NCBI RefSeq assembly: GCF_006345805.1
Contig: NC_043003.1
Location: 31,620,001-31,684,000 of the forward strand
From: Octopus sinensis
Lineage: Eukaryota
Direction of reading: 5' to 3'
DNA length: 64,000 nucleotides
Part shown: one piece after another, positions 23,809-38,142 of the stretch
Layout: the number at the start of each line of letters is the position of its first letter
How positions within the stretch are numbered: the first letter of the stretch is position 1
Notes under the pieces: model-generated
Told to the model about the DNA's origin: nothing
The model's input: the letters and a program-made list of their open reading frames with translations, nothing else
Database searches by the model: none
Made by a program: the position numbers and the translations under genes

Positions 23809-25754
23809 TATATATATATATATACATATCTCTATGAATCTGTAAATCTTTCCTTATATATACATATATTACGTAAGTTATAATCATGCGTGGTGACAGC
23901 TTTCGTGATTACACCTGTTGGGTGTCAATTCAATTACAAACTATATAAACAATGATCTAGATGTATTTATCTTACAGCAATAAATTATTGACAACTAATC
24001 GGGCAAAGGCAAGCAGAAGATCTACTCATCCATTTCTTGAAAGGAATTATAGTTTTTCATTGAACTTATTAATTTGTAGATTAAACGTTTTATGGTCCTT
24101 CTCTTTAATTTTGGATTATTTTAAAAATAGATTGTTTATATTTCAGGAAGGAAAAATTATGTTTTATTTATTTTAATTTGAAGTCATTGGTTTAGAACAA
24201 TTAAATGAAACGAAAATAAACGCAGATAAAGGTGTGGCTTATAAAAATGTAAAACAAAGTCAATGGTCTGAAACTTTGAAACAAGCAGAAAAAATATTAT
24301 TTATTCTATATATATATATACACATAATCAAGAGGTTAAAAGAGCATTAAATTTTCACGTGACTTTCAGCTTCTGTAACTATCGATCTGCCTGTCATATA
24401 GCATCTGCTGTACTAAGGCTTTCCTGTGACCTTCTCGCTCGTCTGTAATATGAGATTAATACCTGAACGTAGTGGAATGATGACCGAAAGTTCATTTACC
24501 GCAATACCGGATCATCTTCAACTAATCATTCTATACTTTTACTGAGAGTGATTTGAGTCACAAGCAATTTTTAAAAGAATGGAACGACAACTCTACGTTC
24601 CTCATAGTATACGCTTTTGAGAATCAACAAATGTGTGCGCTGTTAGGCGTGGAAGAATCTGAGTCCTTGGTAGAATCTGAGGGCTGCTACTTTGAATAAA
24701 CGTATCTCCCAGCCATGTAATATAGGTGATATCTTTTTTTATTTTTAAAAATACTTTCCGTTTTCATGGGAGGTTTTACTTTCTTTTCCTTTTATGCAAA
24801 CTGCAAAATTTATCTTAGATTTTCTGTGCTTTTCAACTGCATTTCTTTCTCTCCCTCTCTCTCTCTCACACTCTAATGCATACATGCATACATACATGCA
24901 TACATACATGAATATATATTTATAAGAGGCAGAACGCGTAACACAAATATCCGGTTTAAGTCTGACATTTCTGCTAACACAGCGTGCTCGACTTGTGCTT
25001 TATAATGTTTCGAGCCTAAGAAGAATATACATAGAGATGGTTTTGGTGGAACTCGAAATCAGAGTGTATCGAAGTGGAAGAATTATCACATGCATTTTAC
25101 CCTATAATCTAATCACTAATTTTGACTTAGTATTATACTAAGTCTAACTTGTGACGGCGAACTCTCTTACTAATGGGCCAAGAACTTTGTAATTAGGGAG
25201 ACGACCCAACATCCTCAGGTTGTGGATCCGAATCTAAGATCGAGTGGTTCATTTTTTTTAGCAAAACTTAATTGTACGTTGTCTCATTCAAGTCAGTTGA
25301 AAATGAGTGCGTTCAAATACTACCGAAATTAACATTGCCATTCATTCCTTCAACTGAAATTACAAATGCAATGCGGTAGATTTGCGTAACTATAAGAACA
25401 TCAAACCGCAATTTTGCTCCTTTTTCTCTCTTTCTTTGAGCACTGAGTTCTATTCTTGTCATGGAATGATACATCAATACATCTAACATGTCACTCAGTA
25501 TAACACCATCACATTTAGTACTTTTAATGAAGTCCACTATTTTTGCAAGCATTTGTACCGATCACCGATTTGAAGATACACCTCTCACTCACATCATGAT
25601 ATTGCCATGAACGTTGCCTTCGTTCCTGACAAAAATAAATAAATAAACAAACTAGATTGCTTTTCATATATTTATCAGTTACACATAAACATATCACCTG
25701 ACAGAAAAAATTGTTGAACAATTTTCAAGTAATATTATTAATTATTACAGTATT

Positions 25755-25967
25755 AAGACAGCGAGCTGGCAGAGTCTTTGACACGCAGTGTTAAAGCTTC
25801 GCGGTATTTCGTCTGTCTCAACATTCTGAGTTCTAATTCTGCCAAGGTCGTTCTGGCGTTCTATCGTTTCGGAACTCGATAAAATGAGTATCAGCTGAGC
25901 ACTGAGGTCGATGTAATCAACTTTCCTCTCTTCCGGATTTGATGGCCTTCTGCCAAAATTGGAAACC
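25755..25967 (+). mobile_element. SINE family A
   Basis: gcgagctggcagag...cactgaggtcgatgtaatcaact. Confidence 0.85.
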
Positions 25968-27535
25968 AATATTGCAATATGTTTGATTCAATTAAGTATT
26001 TAGGAATTTTGCAGAGATCTACTTCGTATTCACGGAACACACTATGTTGTAATAAGTATATATTGTTATAAACATTCACTCACGGCGGTGTCGAAATAAA
26101 TAATCTTAAGGTCAACATTTATTTACTTGCGACCCCTACTACGTTTTCTCACTAATTCCGTTTTTTTTTATTACCAAATTTGATGATGCTTATACATTTT
26201 CAGATTGGTTACCTCCCACACTACATGTTGAACTACAAAATTTGAAATTTGGTTTAGTAGAAAAAAGTTAAGATTTCAGAATTGTGAGGTCAAAAAGGGA
26301 AGAATAACTCCTGAAATCGACTTCAGGATATAAACTCGACGCTGCATACACACTTTCGTAATTAAACACACACACACACACACATACACACACACTCACA
26401 CACACACATTCACTCACACATACACACACACACACCACACACACAGAGTCAATGCATACATACAATCAATGCTCACACATATACACACACATGAACATAA
26501 GTAACATTTAAAACACCGATGAAGGGAAACAAAGGTGAGTATAACGAATATGTAGCTGTAAGGAGAGAGAGGGTAAGTTGACAACAATTGATGACATATG
26601 GACCCTCTGGTTCTATCCATCGTAAATAAACACTCACACACATAATACATACATTTTCAGCTAGCATTTTCTGCATGATAGTTGACTATCACTCTAAATG
26701 AAAGCAAAATCTTTATACGAGGACAATTTTTTATTAAGCATAACGACGACCAAAGTTGTGAGAACTTCTGAAGTTTTAATAAGTTTTCGTTTGCTTTCAA
26801 ACGTTAATTCAATATTAAGAGTAGCAGAATTTAGATTTGTATTTGGCAAGGTTTTCGTTTAACCATATTATGATAGGATTTTCAGAATATCAGGATTCAG
26901 ATTTTTTATTTTCAGGCAAGTTGACGAAACAGAAGCTGAATTGCAGGCCTTATTTTAATTTTGCATGAATTTTAACTACCAAACTAACTTTGCCCGAAGT
27001 AGGGTAGATGGCTTATCTTGCCTTACGGTGGATGTATTGGCTATTTTCGCAATTTTAAAAATAACTGGATTATATTAAATTTATAGAAATTGCAGTTTTA
27101 AATTGGTTTATGAAAATTAGATTCTAATATGGAATTTTAGCATATATATGGAAACTTCATTAAAAGAAAAATTATTCCTCAAAATTTAATGATAGAATAT
27201 TGTTATTTTTTCTTTCTTTCAATGGGCAGACCGGACGGTTTCTAGTAATGCTGTTCAGAAAAAGGATAGGAGCAGTTGTCTCCTCGTGCTTTACAGTGGA
27301 TGCATTTGCTAGTTTTGTATTTTTAAATCATTTTTATATTAGCCAATATAACGAAACCCTGTCCAGATAACTTTTTCTTATTTTTAGAATTTACGAAAAA
27401 AAAAACGTGAAAATTTAAATAATACAAAATAAATCTCTTATTTTTTTCATTCATCAACAATGAAAAAGAAATTAAATATTTTTTAACAAAAGAATATTCA
27501 TTATTTTTATTGCATTGCCTGGAAACAAAGTTGAT

Positions 27536-28636
27536 TACAATGAAAAATTAGGGCGCATGCATGTTAATATTCTTAAGTTATTACACCCGGAAAAGTACAG
27601 AACAAGATTTCTACAGCAGAATTTACCTAATTCGTCACCTCTAAAGGAAATTAAAAATAAGAAAAATAAAATGCTATTGTACTTAAAATATTTCAGCGGA
27701 TAATAACATTTTTGAAATCAAAATACACTAAATAGGGTAAATTGGAGATAATTTATTTTATTTATTATGAGAATCTAAAAACACAAGTAAATCTTTAAAA
27801 ACATGGTACAAAAATAATCAAAAATAAATTTAAACAAACAGAAATTTAAAACGTTTGAAATATACAATTAAATTAGTCGTTTTATTTACATGTATCAAGT
27901 GCAAACAATAGACTATGAAGGTGTAAATAATATGGCACAGGAATTTTTTATCACTTGAAATGAAATCCCATTAGAAAAACAAAGCAAAACATTGATTGCG
28001 GAAGAATAGTCATAAAATGGTTTTAAATCAACCATATGCTTAGTCAATATTTCCACATAAAAAAAATGTGACAAAAAAATTAGAAGTAAATGTATTAGTT
28101 AGCATTCATACAGTAGACTTAGCCTAATTCATCTTTGACTTATTCGTTACTTCACTTAATTCGCCATTTACAATTTTCTAATAAGGCGAAATCTACTGTA
28201 TTTGCTAAAAATTAGTTTTATTCTATTTCGTTTGTAAAATACTGCTTTTTCCAAAAATAAGCACATGGGCTTGAGTACAAACTTAAATAATCTTGCTTGA
28301 ATAGATTTTTTTTTCTGAAAATAATAATTACTCTGGCTATACTTGAAAAGAGTTTCTGAATATAAGCACATAAGTTTAAAATCGGATAAGCTTATTTTTG
28401 GAAATTCCAGTAATATTTTTATGATTTTTGTTTTAATAAAATATACTAAATTTTAAAAAAAATTTATTCTCAGCGGCCATATTTTAAATACAGTAGAATT
28501 TTAATTTTGAGTACTTTCAGGTTTTCTTTAGAAGTGACGAATTAGGCAAATTCTGCTGTAGAAATCTTGTTCTGATCTTTTCCAAGTGTAATAACCTAAG
28601 AATATTAACATGCATGCGCCCACATTTTTCAGTGTA
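27536..28636. mobile_element. ~1.1 kb MITE with ~110 bp TIRs
   Basis: 27536-27646 is an imperfect reverse complement of 28526-28636; ends TACA(A/C)TGAAAAA. Confidence 0.85.
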
Positions 28637-28693
28637 AGAAACACACACACACACACGCACACACACACATACACACACAGACACAGACACACG

Positions 28694-28724
<31 letters not shown>

Positions 28725-28727
28725 TTA

Positions 28728-28885
28728 TACGGCTGACTTCTTTCAGTTTCCGCCTACCAAATTTAGTCACTAGATTTTGGTTGGTCCGCGGCTATAGTGG
28801 AAGACACTTGCCCAAGGTGATACGCAGTGGAACTAAACGGGGAACCATGTGGCTGGGAAGTAAGCCTCTTATCACACGGCCACGC
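28728..28885 (-). mobile_element. SINE family B
   Basis: ttctttcagtttccgcctaccaaat...cacttgcccaaggtgatacgcagtgg...ggaaccatgtgg. Confidence 0.85.
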
Positions 28886-29725
28886 TTGGTCATCTTTTAA
28901 AATATAGCAATGTAATTTTTGTATATAACCAAAAATGAATATAAAGAATTTTAATATTGTGTAAGCGAATTAAATCAAGAAAAATGGAGATTAAAAGATA
29001 TTTTCAGACAAAGCATTGGGAATAACGAGTATAAATGTATAGTGGTAGGAAGTCTTGAGACATAAGAAGGAACAAGTAATCACAGAAAAGGGAGAAAAAC
29101 AAATTGCTAGGAAGAAGTGTAATAACAAAAGAAAGGGAGGGAACTACATTAATTGAAGTCTGCTTCTATTGTTAACAGAATAACCTTTCACGTATTCTAC
29201 TCTATTGCTATTCGTAACTAGAGATCAGGTTGATATTGTTGAGTGAAAATCGTATATATAGCAAGTTTCTACCCAAAGGATATTTTGTCAAGAGAAACAA
29301 TATAATCATATAATCTGGTGAGAGCAGAAATCTATATTTATAAAGAGGTTTCTCAAATATACTAGATTTAGATAGAATAATGGATTTTACTTACGAAGCA
29401 CTGTGTTGGGTTAATTGATTTACTACATTTAGCTAAAAGCATCTTTATTTAAATTTTGTATTCAGTCAATATAGATTTTGAATTTATCTGTCAAACCTCA
29501 TTAAATTATAGTGAAGAAATATGACCTGGATTTACATGAAAAAAAAAAAGCTCCAAGCAATCACATGCAGCACATAAATTAGCAACTGTGGTGCGTGATT
29601 GAATTAAAACCCGAATGTAAAGTTATAGCTGTTCAAAGATATTGTGTAATGACTCTGGGGAATATACAGCACCGTTCCCAGGTGGTGCCATTTTACCCAA
29701 TATTAGGTTCGCATCCTGACAGCAG

Positions 29726-30165
<440 letters not shown>

Positions 30166-30940
30166 GGAGGTGTGCTTAAGACAGAATTTCGGTGCAAATC
30201 TCGTGAAACAAATTTCCATCACAATATCGAGCCACCAGGCTAAAAAAATCGTATTAGGAGTGCCAAGCTATGAAATGAAGAGCAGGTCGAATTTCGTTGC
30301 AAAACGAACGTCCTAAGAACTCACCCCTACCTGTATCCATTGTTGTATACAATATATACGACTCTATCGTTGATTTATACTGGAATATACCTAAAAGGAC
30401 ACAATAATCGTTCCTTTCATTTTTCTGTCGTTTAACTAATTATACGTGCAATGATGAAATTTCGCTAAAACTTATAGCTGAAATAGCTGTAGCGCGTCCA
30501 ATTCTTTCTTGGGTTTTCATATGCTCTTAGTAACTTGGCTTCTTGTCAAAAGTGCTATCTTTGACAGAAAATCTATTAAATGTAATTATATATATAGCTA
30601 TGAAATAAGTTTTCATATAATTCCTGGTGTAATTTTTGCATAATTTTCCAGCGAAACAAAACAAATGCATTTCAATGTGCTTCATCCCGAAAAGGACAGA
30701 GTCATACTAAAGCTGCTCTGAAAATGTTCCCCCTTCAAATTTTGTTTTTCCAGAACAACACCTTTTCCTCATGGTTGCCGAGCTTTAATATATAAGAATA
30801 TGCTAGTTAAATCTACATCGCTCTGATACAAACAAAATTACCTCTATTAAAACCAACATATGAAAAGCAATGAATGCCATAGTTAACAGTTATCGCTTCC
30901 AACACATTAGTCAGAGTCTTTTTTCATTAATCAGAAGTTT

Positions 30941-31150
30941 GAAGGCGACGAGCTTGCAGAATATTTAGAACGTTCAAATAAATTGCTTGGCGCTATTTTA
31001 TCCGGATGTTTATGTTAAGCGTTCAAATCTCACCGGAAGAGAAATGTTTCATCATTTCAGAGTTGGCAGAAATAACAACTAGTTGAGCACTCGGGTCGAT
31101 GCAACTGACTGGTATGTCCCTTTAATAATTCAGAGTTTTTGCCTATATCA
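30941..31150 (+). mobile_element. SINE family A, degenerate
   Basis: gaaggcgacgagcttgcagaa...gagcactcgggtcgatgcaa. Confidence 0.7.
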
Positions 31151-31591
31151 GACAGCAATAATGAAAGGTATCTAGGTAGCGTTTAATTGAATACCTCCTG
31201 GTAGTTTTGTTTTAGCTGTTTATGCATTTAAATCCTACCGAGACCAAGTCTACCTTTCATCATATCAGGGTTGACTGGAGTTAATGGTACTGGATAGACT
31301 CCTACCATCAAAACGGCTAACCTTGCGCCTAAATTTAAAATCATTAACCATCAGTAGGATTTAGGTACAGCCAGATACATGAGGAACTGAATTTTTATTA
31401 GGCAGATACTTTTACCCTTGCGGAATTCTACAAAAGAAATGTTGTTACATTCGGAATCTGGAATCAGAAACGACATTTCACAACGGCTGACAATTCTACC
31501 TTCTGTATTAGCTACCGGCTTATGAAGTACATCTCTCATGATGAAACTTGTCCATGCTGTAGAGCAGTGAGATCCAACAATAAACAACATA

Positions 31592-32165
31592 TTAGGTTGT
31601 CCGGAAAGTTCGTGCCGATAAAGGAAAGAAAAAGGTGAATAAATACTTGCCATTACATTTTAAATCAATCAAATATGAACCATTTTATTGCAAAGTGCGT
31701 CTCCATCTTTCCTTTAACTTGAAAATACCCTCTTCTCAGAATTGAGGTGGTTTCATAGCAAAGAATTCATCAAGGTATCTTTTTACGTTATCCAAGGAAT
31801 TGAATTTTTTATCATTAAGACTATTCTGCAGAGACCTGAATAAGTGGAAATCCGAAAGAGCAATAGCTGGTGAATATGGAGGGCGGTGTAACACATCCCA
31901 GCTGAGCTGCAGCAACTTTTGTTCGGTTCCCAACATGCATTCGCATGTTAGAAAACAACACCCTTCCTGTTGGCTAATTCTGGACGTTTCTCTTAAATCG
32001 CTGATTTTAACGCCCAGTTGTGTGCAGTATTTCTCAGAATTAATTGTCTGGTTACTTGGGAGAAGCTCATAGTACAAAATTCCTTTCCAATCCCACCAGA
32101 TACAAAGCAAGTGAAGACCCACTTTTGGGGTGGCTAAGGGTGGCTCATGTCGCTTACTCCAGGAT
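31592..32165 (-). mobile_element. mariner element 3' half with TIR
   Basis: LLCIWWDWKGILYYELLP..TINSEKYC, PPYSPAIALSDFHLFRSLQN; TA then TIR ttaggttgtccggaaagttcgtgccgat at 31592; no partner TIR. Confidence 0.9.
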
Positions 32166-32532
32166 CGCTTTCTCCAGTATTGCTTTTGTGTAAGTTGTGA
32201 TATATTACAAACACGATTGGTTACTTACGACTTACATTTAAAGAGAGTCAAAAACATGTGCATATATTATTGAAATCCTTAAAGATTAAAACACCACGTG
32301 GTCAAAATTTCGCCAATGTAGATCTTTAATATAATATCTGCAGGACCATTATGCAAATTATAATTCTATAATATTCAAATTTAATCGAATAGATATAGCT
32401 AGATACGAACATTGAATTTGATTTGAGGCAGAGAAATCGATAATATTCAGATTATCAGACCTGTGATTTGGAACACGCACATAATTTTATAACCAACGAT
32501 GATGAATTAAACATTTTGGAGAGTATAGCAAA

Positions 32533-32625
32533 TTCTTGGTTTCAAGTTTTGGTACAATGCCAACAATTTAGTGGGAGGGGTAAGTCGACTACAACGACTC
32601 CAGTGTTTAACTGGTACTAATTTGG
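32533..32625 (-). mobile_element. SINE family A 3' fragment
   Basis: reverse complement agtaccagttaaacactggagtcgttgtagtcgactt. Confidence 0.65.
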
Positions 32626-33174
32626 AACCTGAAACCATATACTTGCGAAGCAAACTTCCTAAAATTCAGCAATATAGTGCCGGTATATGTACCTTGATAA
32701 ACACATACACACACGCAAGCACACACACGCATACAAACTCACACACACAAATGTGTGTGTACATACCCATCTTCTATACACACACACGTACACACATGCA
32801 CACACAGACACATACACACAGAGACGCGCACACACACACACATATAAGAATATAATCGGGTTTCAACAATACACATTTGAAGTTTGATTAGAGGACGAGA
32901 AAGCTGAAGGGGGAAAAGAAGAATCTTCTTATTGATGAGTGTGTGCGTGTGTATCTTTTAATCTGTCTAGATGTCACTACACATACACACATACGTATAT
33001 TTAGAAATCACTTACATGGTATGTACCCTCAACGTAATTGCCAGACGATCAGCGTCACAGTGTAGAACAGGTTGCGCCTTTGTAATTTCAAGTGCTATCC
33101 ACCCAAAGGACTTCTATAGAGATTTTTGTCTTTCCATATTCTCTCACAATCTGTGTGAGGGCCCAATACTACAG

Positions 33175-33260
33175 ACATGACATCTGTACAATATACCATG
33201 CAGTTGGACTGAACCTGGAACCATGAGGTTGGGAAGGGAACTTCTTAACCATTCAAACAT
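33175..33260 (-). mobile_element. SINE family B 5' fragment
   Basis: ggactgaacctggaaccatgaggttgggaagggaacttcttaacca. Confidence 0.7.
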
Positions 33261-33494
33261 AAACCGTCTACATAAGTGCATTGACACACTCACACACGCA
33301 TACGCACACACACACACACACGCGCACACACACACACACAACACACACACACACACACACACACACATGCACATTTGTGTGTGTTTGGGCATAGGTATCA
33401 TTTCTAATTTTGGCAGAAGACAAGCTGTTTGTGAGATGGAAAAGTCGATTACAGCGACCTCTGTACTTGACTGCAACTTTATTTTCACAACTCC

Positions 33495-33660
33495 GAGTGA
33501 GTTGCACTCCGTCAGTTACGATGACGAAGGTTCCAGTTGATTCAGTCAACAGAACAGCCTACTCTTGTAATTAACATGCAAGTGGCTGAGCACTCTACAG
33601 GCACGTGAACCCATAACGTAGTTCTCAGAGAGATTTAGAATGTGACACAGAATGGCATCT
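33495..33660 (-). mobile_element. SINE family C 3' fragment
   Basis: reverse complement of 22140-22260. Confidence 0.7.
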
Positions 33661-33661
33661 T

Positions 33662-33876
33662 ATACCTGTGAAGATGGTGAAGGATGTGTACACATCTCTT
33701 CCCAGGCGCATTGAAGCAATTATTCAAGCTAAGGGAAGCCACATAAAATATTAGCAATGTACAGTAACTTCTTGAAATGAACATGTAATAAATTTTCATT
33801 ATAGACAGATTTCTACTTTAAAACATTGTATCTTCATTGGTTTATGTGAGGTGACCTAAAACTTTAACGCGGCTGT
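33662..33876 (+). mobile_element. Tc1-like transposase C-terminus and TIR
   Basis: IPVKMVKDVYTSLPRRIEAIIQAKGSHIKY*; TIR-like ggtgacctaaaactttaacgcggctgt; similar end ttttgcacggtactgta near 34045-34061. Confidence 0.8.
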
Positions 33877-34085
33877 TTTTGGTGGTCGTTTCGCATCTTC
33901 CCCTTTCACTTAGAACCCCTTTTATGATGATTAGGTATGGAAATAAGTTCAAGAGGCCCAAAGTTTCATCTGTAAACGCAATACGAAACATTCACTTATA
34001 AGTTGCAAGTTAGAAATTTACAATAGTTGAAATTGGCCGAAGAATTTTGCACGGTACTGTAAATGCATTAATATAAGCATGCGTT

Positions 34086-34475
34086 AAGGCGGCGAGCTGG
34101 CAGAATCGTTAGCACGCCGGGAGAAATGCTTTCGTCTGCCGTTACGATCTGAGTTCAAATTCCGCCGAGGGCGACTTTGCCTTTCATCCTTTCGGGGTCG
34201 ATAAATTAAGTACCATTTACGCACTGGGGTCGATGTAATCAACTTAATCCGTTTGTCTGCCCTTCTTTGTCCCCTCTATGTTTAGCCCCTTGTGGGTAAT
34301 AAAGAAACAGATATTTCGTATGTCTGTGCGTTCTGAGTTCAAATTCCGCCGATATCGACTTTGCTTTCATCCTTTCGGGATCGATAAATTAAGTACCAGC
34401 TGCGTACTGGGGTCGATCTACTCGGATGGCTCCCTCCCCAAAATCTTCGGGCTCTGTGCCTAGAGTAGAAAATAA
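34086..34475 (+). mobile_element. SINE family A, two tandem copies
   Basis: aaggcggcgagctggcagaatcgttagcacgccgg; second ttctgagttcaaattccgccg at ~34331. Confidence 0.9.
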
Positions 34476-34881
34476 TACATACATGCGTAAAATATTATAA
34501 TAGTTGGCAAAAGTAAGCACTAAGCAAACAGAAAAGTACTTCTTTTGGAATCGTTGCTTATCAGAAGGCAAATGTCAAAGGATATAAATATCATTTATTT
34601 GTTCCAGTTATTAGACTGTGGTCATGCTGAGGCGCAAATTTCAACAACTTGTTAGACGAATGAATCGACACCAGGTATTATATTTTTTAAAATCTAATAT
34701 TTATTCAATCCGTCTCTTTTGCCGAAACGCTATTTTACGTATACGTAATCAGACCAACGGGGTTACAAGCACAGACACAAAGATACACACTCACATACAT
34801 ACATACATACATACATACATACATACATACATACATACATGCATACTTACACACACAAACACACACACACACACACACACA

Positions 34882-35670
34882 CACATTTATATATATATAT
34901 ATATATACGGTGGGCTTCTTTAGGTTTCCGTCTACCAATTCCACTGAGTCTATAGCAGAAGCTGCCACGTAGTAGGACTGAAGCCGACAACCGCTCGGTT
35001 CCGGAACAAGCTTCTTACCACAGAGTCACATCTGCGCCTATACAGTGGACGATTAGCAGACAATAAGCGTTTGAAAGAGAGCAATGGAAAGTGACATAAT
35101 CGAAGCCTGCAGATAAAAAAATACAAATACAAAAAGAAAGAGAACAGCTTTTATCATAGAAATCCTTGTATATGAAATTTAAAGTTGTAATCTAAATATT
35201 ATTGATTGAAAACAGCTTTTAAGTTATAGAATGTAAACAAGTATAAGTAGACTTACTCTTCAGACAAAATCGTAAACGCATTGACATTACTTGAAATTTC
35301 AAATGTGGATAAAATTTTGATACTATTGGGCATATTGTAGCTGTACATTACGCCTGAATGTGTAACTATTAAATCACAAATCCTACAGTCGTAACAATCT
35401 GTTTTCTGCTCAGACAATGTATTAAGACTGCATTATCAAATTCTGTGTTCTCATGCTTTTTTAAAAGGTCATACAGTATTATTGATTTGTGGGCAATTGC
35501 TATGTCTTTTAAGTCAGGTGGCCACGCAGATTATTATTTCTTGATTCAAAACAAAAGCCACGGATTAATTGCTTGGGGTTGGTAGGTTGGGTCTTTGGTA
35601 TTGATCCCAGGCGCAATGTCGACAAGGAGCGATTACCTTATGTAACGGATTAGGCAATTATGTGTGTCTG

Positions 35671-35718
<48 letters not shown>

Positions 35719-35744
35719 TATATATATATATATATACACACACA

Positions 35745-35787
<43 letters not shown>

Positions 35788-36571
35788 TTATATATATATA
35801 TATATATACGGTGGGCTTCTTTAGGTTTCCGTCTACCAATTCCACTGAGTCTATAGCAGAAGCTGCCACGTAGTAGGACTGAAACCGACAACCGCTCGGT
35901 TCCGGAACAAGCTTCTTACCACAGAGTCACATCTGCGCCTATACAGTGGACGATTAGCAGACAATAAGCGTTTGAAAGAGAGCAATGGAAAGTGACATAA
36001 TCGAAGCCTGCAGATAAAAAAATACAAATACAAAAAGAAAGAGAACAGCTTTTATCATAGAAATCCTTGTATATGAAATTTAAAGTTGTAATCTAAATAT
36101 TATTGATTGAAAACAGCTTTTAAGTTATAGAATGTAAACAAGTATAAGTAGACTTACTCTTCAGACAAAATCGTAAACGCATTGACATTACTTGAAATTT
36201 CAAATGTGGATAAAATTTTGATACTATTGGGCATATTGTAGCTGTACATTACGCCTGAATGTGTAACTATTAAATCACAAATCCTACAGTCGTAACAATC
36301 TGTTTTCTGCTCAGACAATGTATTAAGACTGCATTATCAAATTCTGTGTTCTCATGCTTTTTTAAAAGGTCATACAGTATTATTGATTTGTGGGCAATTG
36401 CTATGTCTTTTAAGTCAGGTGGCCACGCAGATTATTATTTCTTGATTCAAAACAAAAGCCACGGATTAATTGCTTGGGGTTGGTAGGTTGGGTCTTTGGT
36501 ATTGATCCCAGGCGCAATGTCGACAAGGAGCGATTACCTTATGTAACGGATTAGGCAATTATGTGTGTCTG

Positions 36572-36619
<48 letters not shown>

Positions 36620-36660
36620 TTATATATATATATATATACACACACACAAACACACACACA
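34882..36660. repeat. ~901 bp near-identical tandem duplication bounded by microsatellites; each unit has a family-B SINE (34906-35040, 35807-35941, minus)
   Basis: tacggtgggc at 34906 and 35807; gcgcgcatat at 35670 and 36571. Confidence 0.95.
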
Positions 36661-36667
36661 TATATAC

Positions 36668-36702
<35 letters not shown>

Positions 36703-36707
<5 letters not shown>

Positions 36708-37034
36708 TCTGTGGTTAGAGCGTTGGCTTTACGATCGTGATGTTGTGAGTTCGAATCCCGGACCGGGCTGCGTGCTGTGTTCTTGAGCAAGACACTTTCT
36801 TTCACGTTGCTCCGGTTCACTCAGCAGTAAAAATGTGTTGCAACGTCACTGGTGCCAAGCTGTATCGGCCTTTGGCTTTCAGCCTTGAATAACACTGGTA
36901 GCGTGGTGAGGAGAGGCCTTTATGCATGGGCAACTGCTGTTCTTCCATAAACGACGTTGCCCGGACTTGTGCCTGGGAGGGTAACGTTCTAGGTGCAATT
37001 CCATGGTCAGTCATGACCGAAGGGGGAGGGTCTC
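36703..37034 (+). mobile_element. tRNA-derived SINE, family D, with clear A and B boxes
   Basis: A box tggttagagcg, B box gttcgaatcc, then gtgttcttgagcaagacac; second copy at 46906-47214. Confidence 0.9.
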
Positions 37035-37095
37035 AGCAATTGTTAAAGAGGACAACAAACGTTAAGGCAAGGCAAAGATCTCAAGTCGTAAACAA

Positions 37096-37161
<66 letters not shown>

Positions 37162-37395
37162 CATATATATATATATATAAAGCAACTGCTTTCTGGTATG
37201 CGACCAAAGCAATTGCTAGGAAGAGTCATTGATATGTGTCATTGATGATGCAATGTGAGACCCTTATATGATTCATGAGCCCAGCCAAAGATCTGCTCAT
37301 TCTATTGAATAATGAACAGCTGTGGTGGCTAGCGGAGGCAAGTGGTACCACAGTATGAAGTCTTTGCACATGCCATTTCATTCCTTCAACTGAAA

Positions 37396-37453
<58 letters not shown>

Positions 37454-37586
37454 TAAATGCATAATCAGAGCTTGAAATATTGCTTTAAAATACATAGCGT
37501 ATTTCATAAATATGCCTGTTCAAGTATCATAATAACACGAAACTATTAGTAGTTCTTTCAGTTATGCATTTAATTGTGCATATATA

Positions 37587-37694
37587 TACGACGGGCTCCT
37601 TTCAGTTTCCTTGTACCAATTCTACTCACTAAGCTTTGGTCGTCTAGTGGCACTGAACAGGGAACCATGTGGTTGGGAAGCGAGCTTCTTACCA

Positions 37695-37696
<2 letters not shown>
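37587..37696 (-). mobile_element. SINE family B, internally deleted
   Basis: tacgacgggctcctttcagtttcc...gaaccatgtggttgggaagcgagcttcttaccac. Confidence 0.8.
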
Positions 37697-37745
<49 letters not shown>

Positions 37746-37783
37746 ATTATATATAGTTGGTTTGAATAAACCAAATATGTATG

Positions 37784-37842
<59 letters not shown>

Positions 37843-37982
37843 CGTGTCTGAATAAACCGAAATGCATTATATAAAAGGTAAACATGACGCAAAACGATCG
37901 AAAAATCAATACTACTTTTGAATAGAATCTGAAGTAGCCAGCAGTTACATATTTTGATATTATTGACACTGTTCACTACCTC

Positions 37983-38142
37983 TGACGTCAGACATTTATG
38001 ACGTCAGTCATACCTCGCTTAGACGCTGCCGCTGCTTGTCAGTTATTGTACGCGCTGTCTCGTTTGACTAACATCCCCTACCTGCATCAAGGGACAGCTC
38101 TGAATATATAAAACTTACATAACCAGACATTTCCATTCAGTC
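37983..38142 (+). promoter_or_regulatory. Candidate Pol II promoter: two CRE palindromes + TATA + Inr
   Basis: TGACGTCA at 37983-37990 and 37999-38006; TATAAAA at 38107-38113; TCAGTC at 38137-38142 (A+1 = 38139, TATA at -32). Confidence 0.5.

Noticed and set aside
24476-24545. C-box ATGATGA and D-box CTGA about 65 nt apart (snoRNA-like)
   Set aside because: No terminal stem and no recognisable rRNA-complementary guide
25313-25721. Minus-strand ORFs with a good acceptor; VEGMNGNVNF resembles an iGluR ATD motif
   Set aside because: Match too short, no supporting exons, and the motif is shared with a decayed segment near 37390
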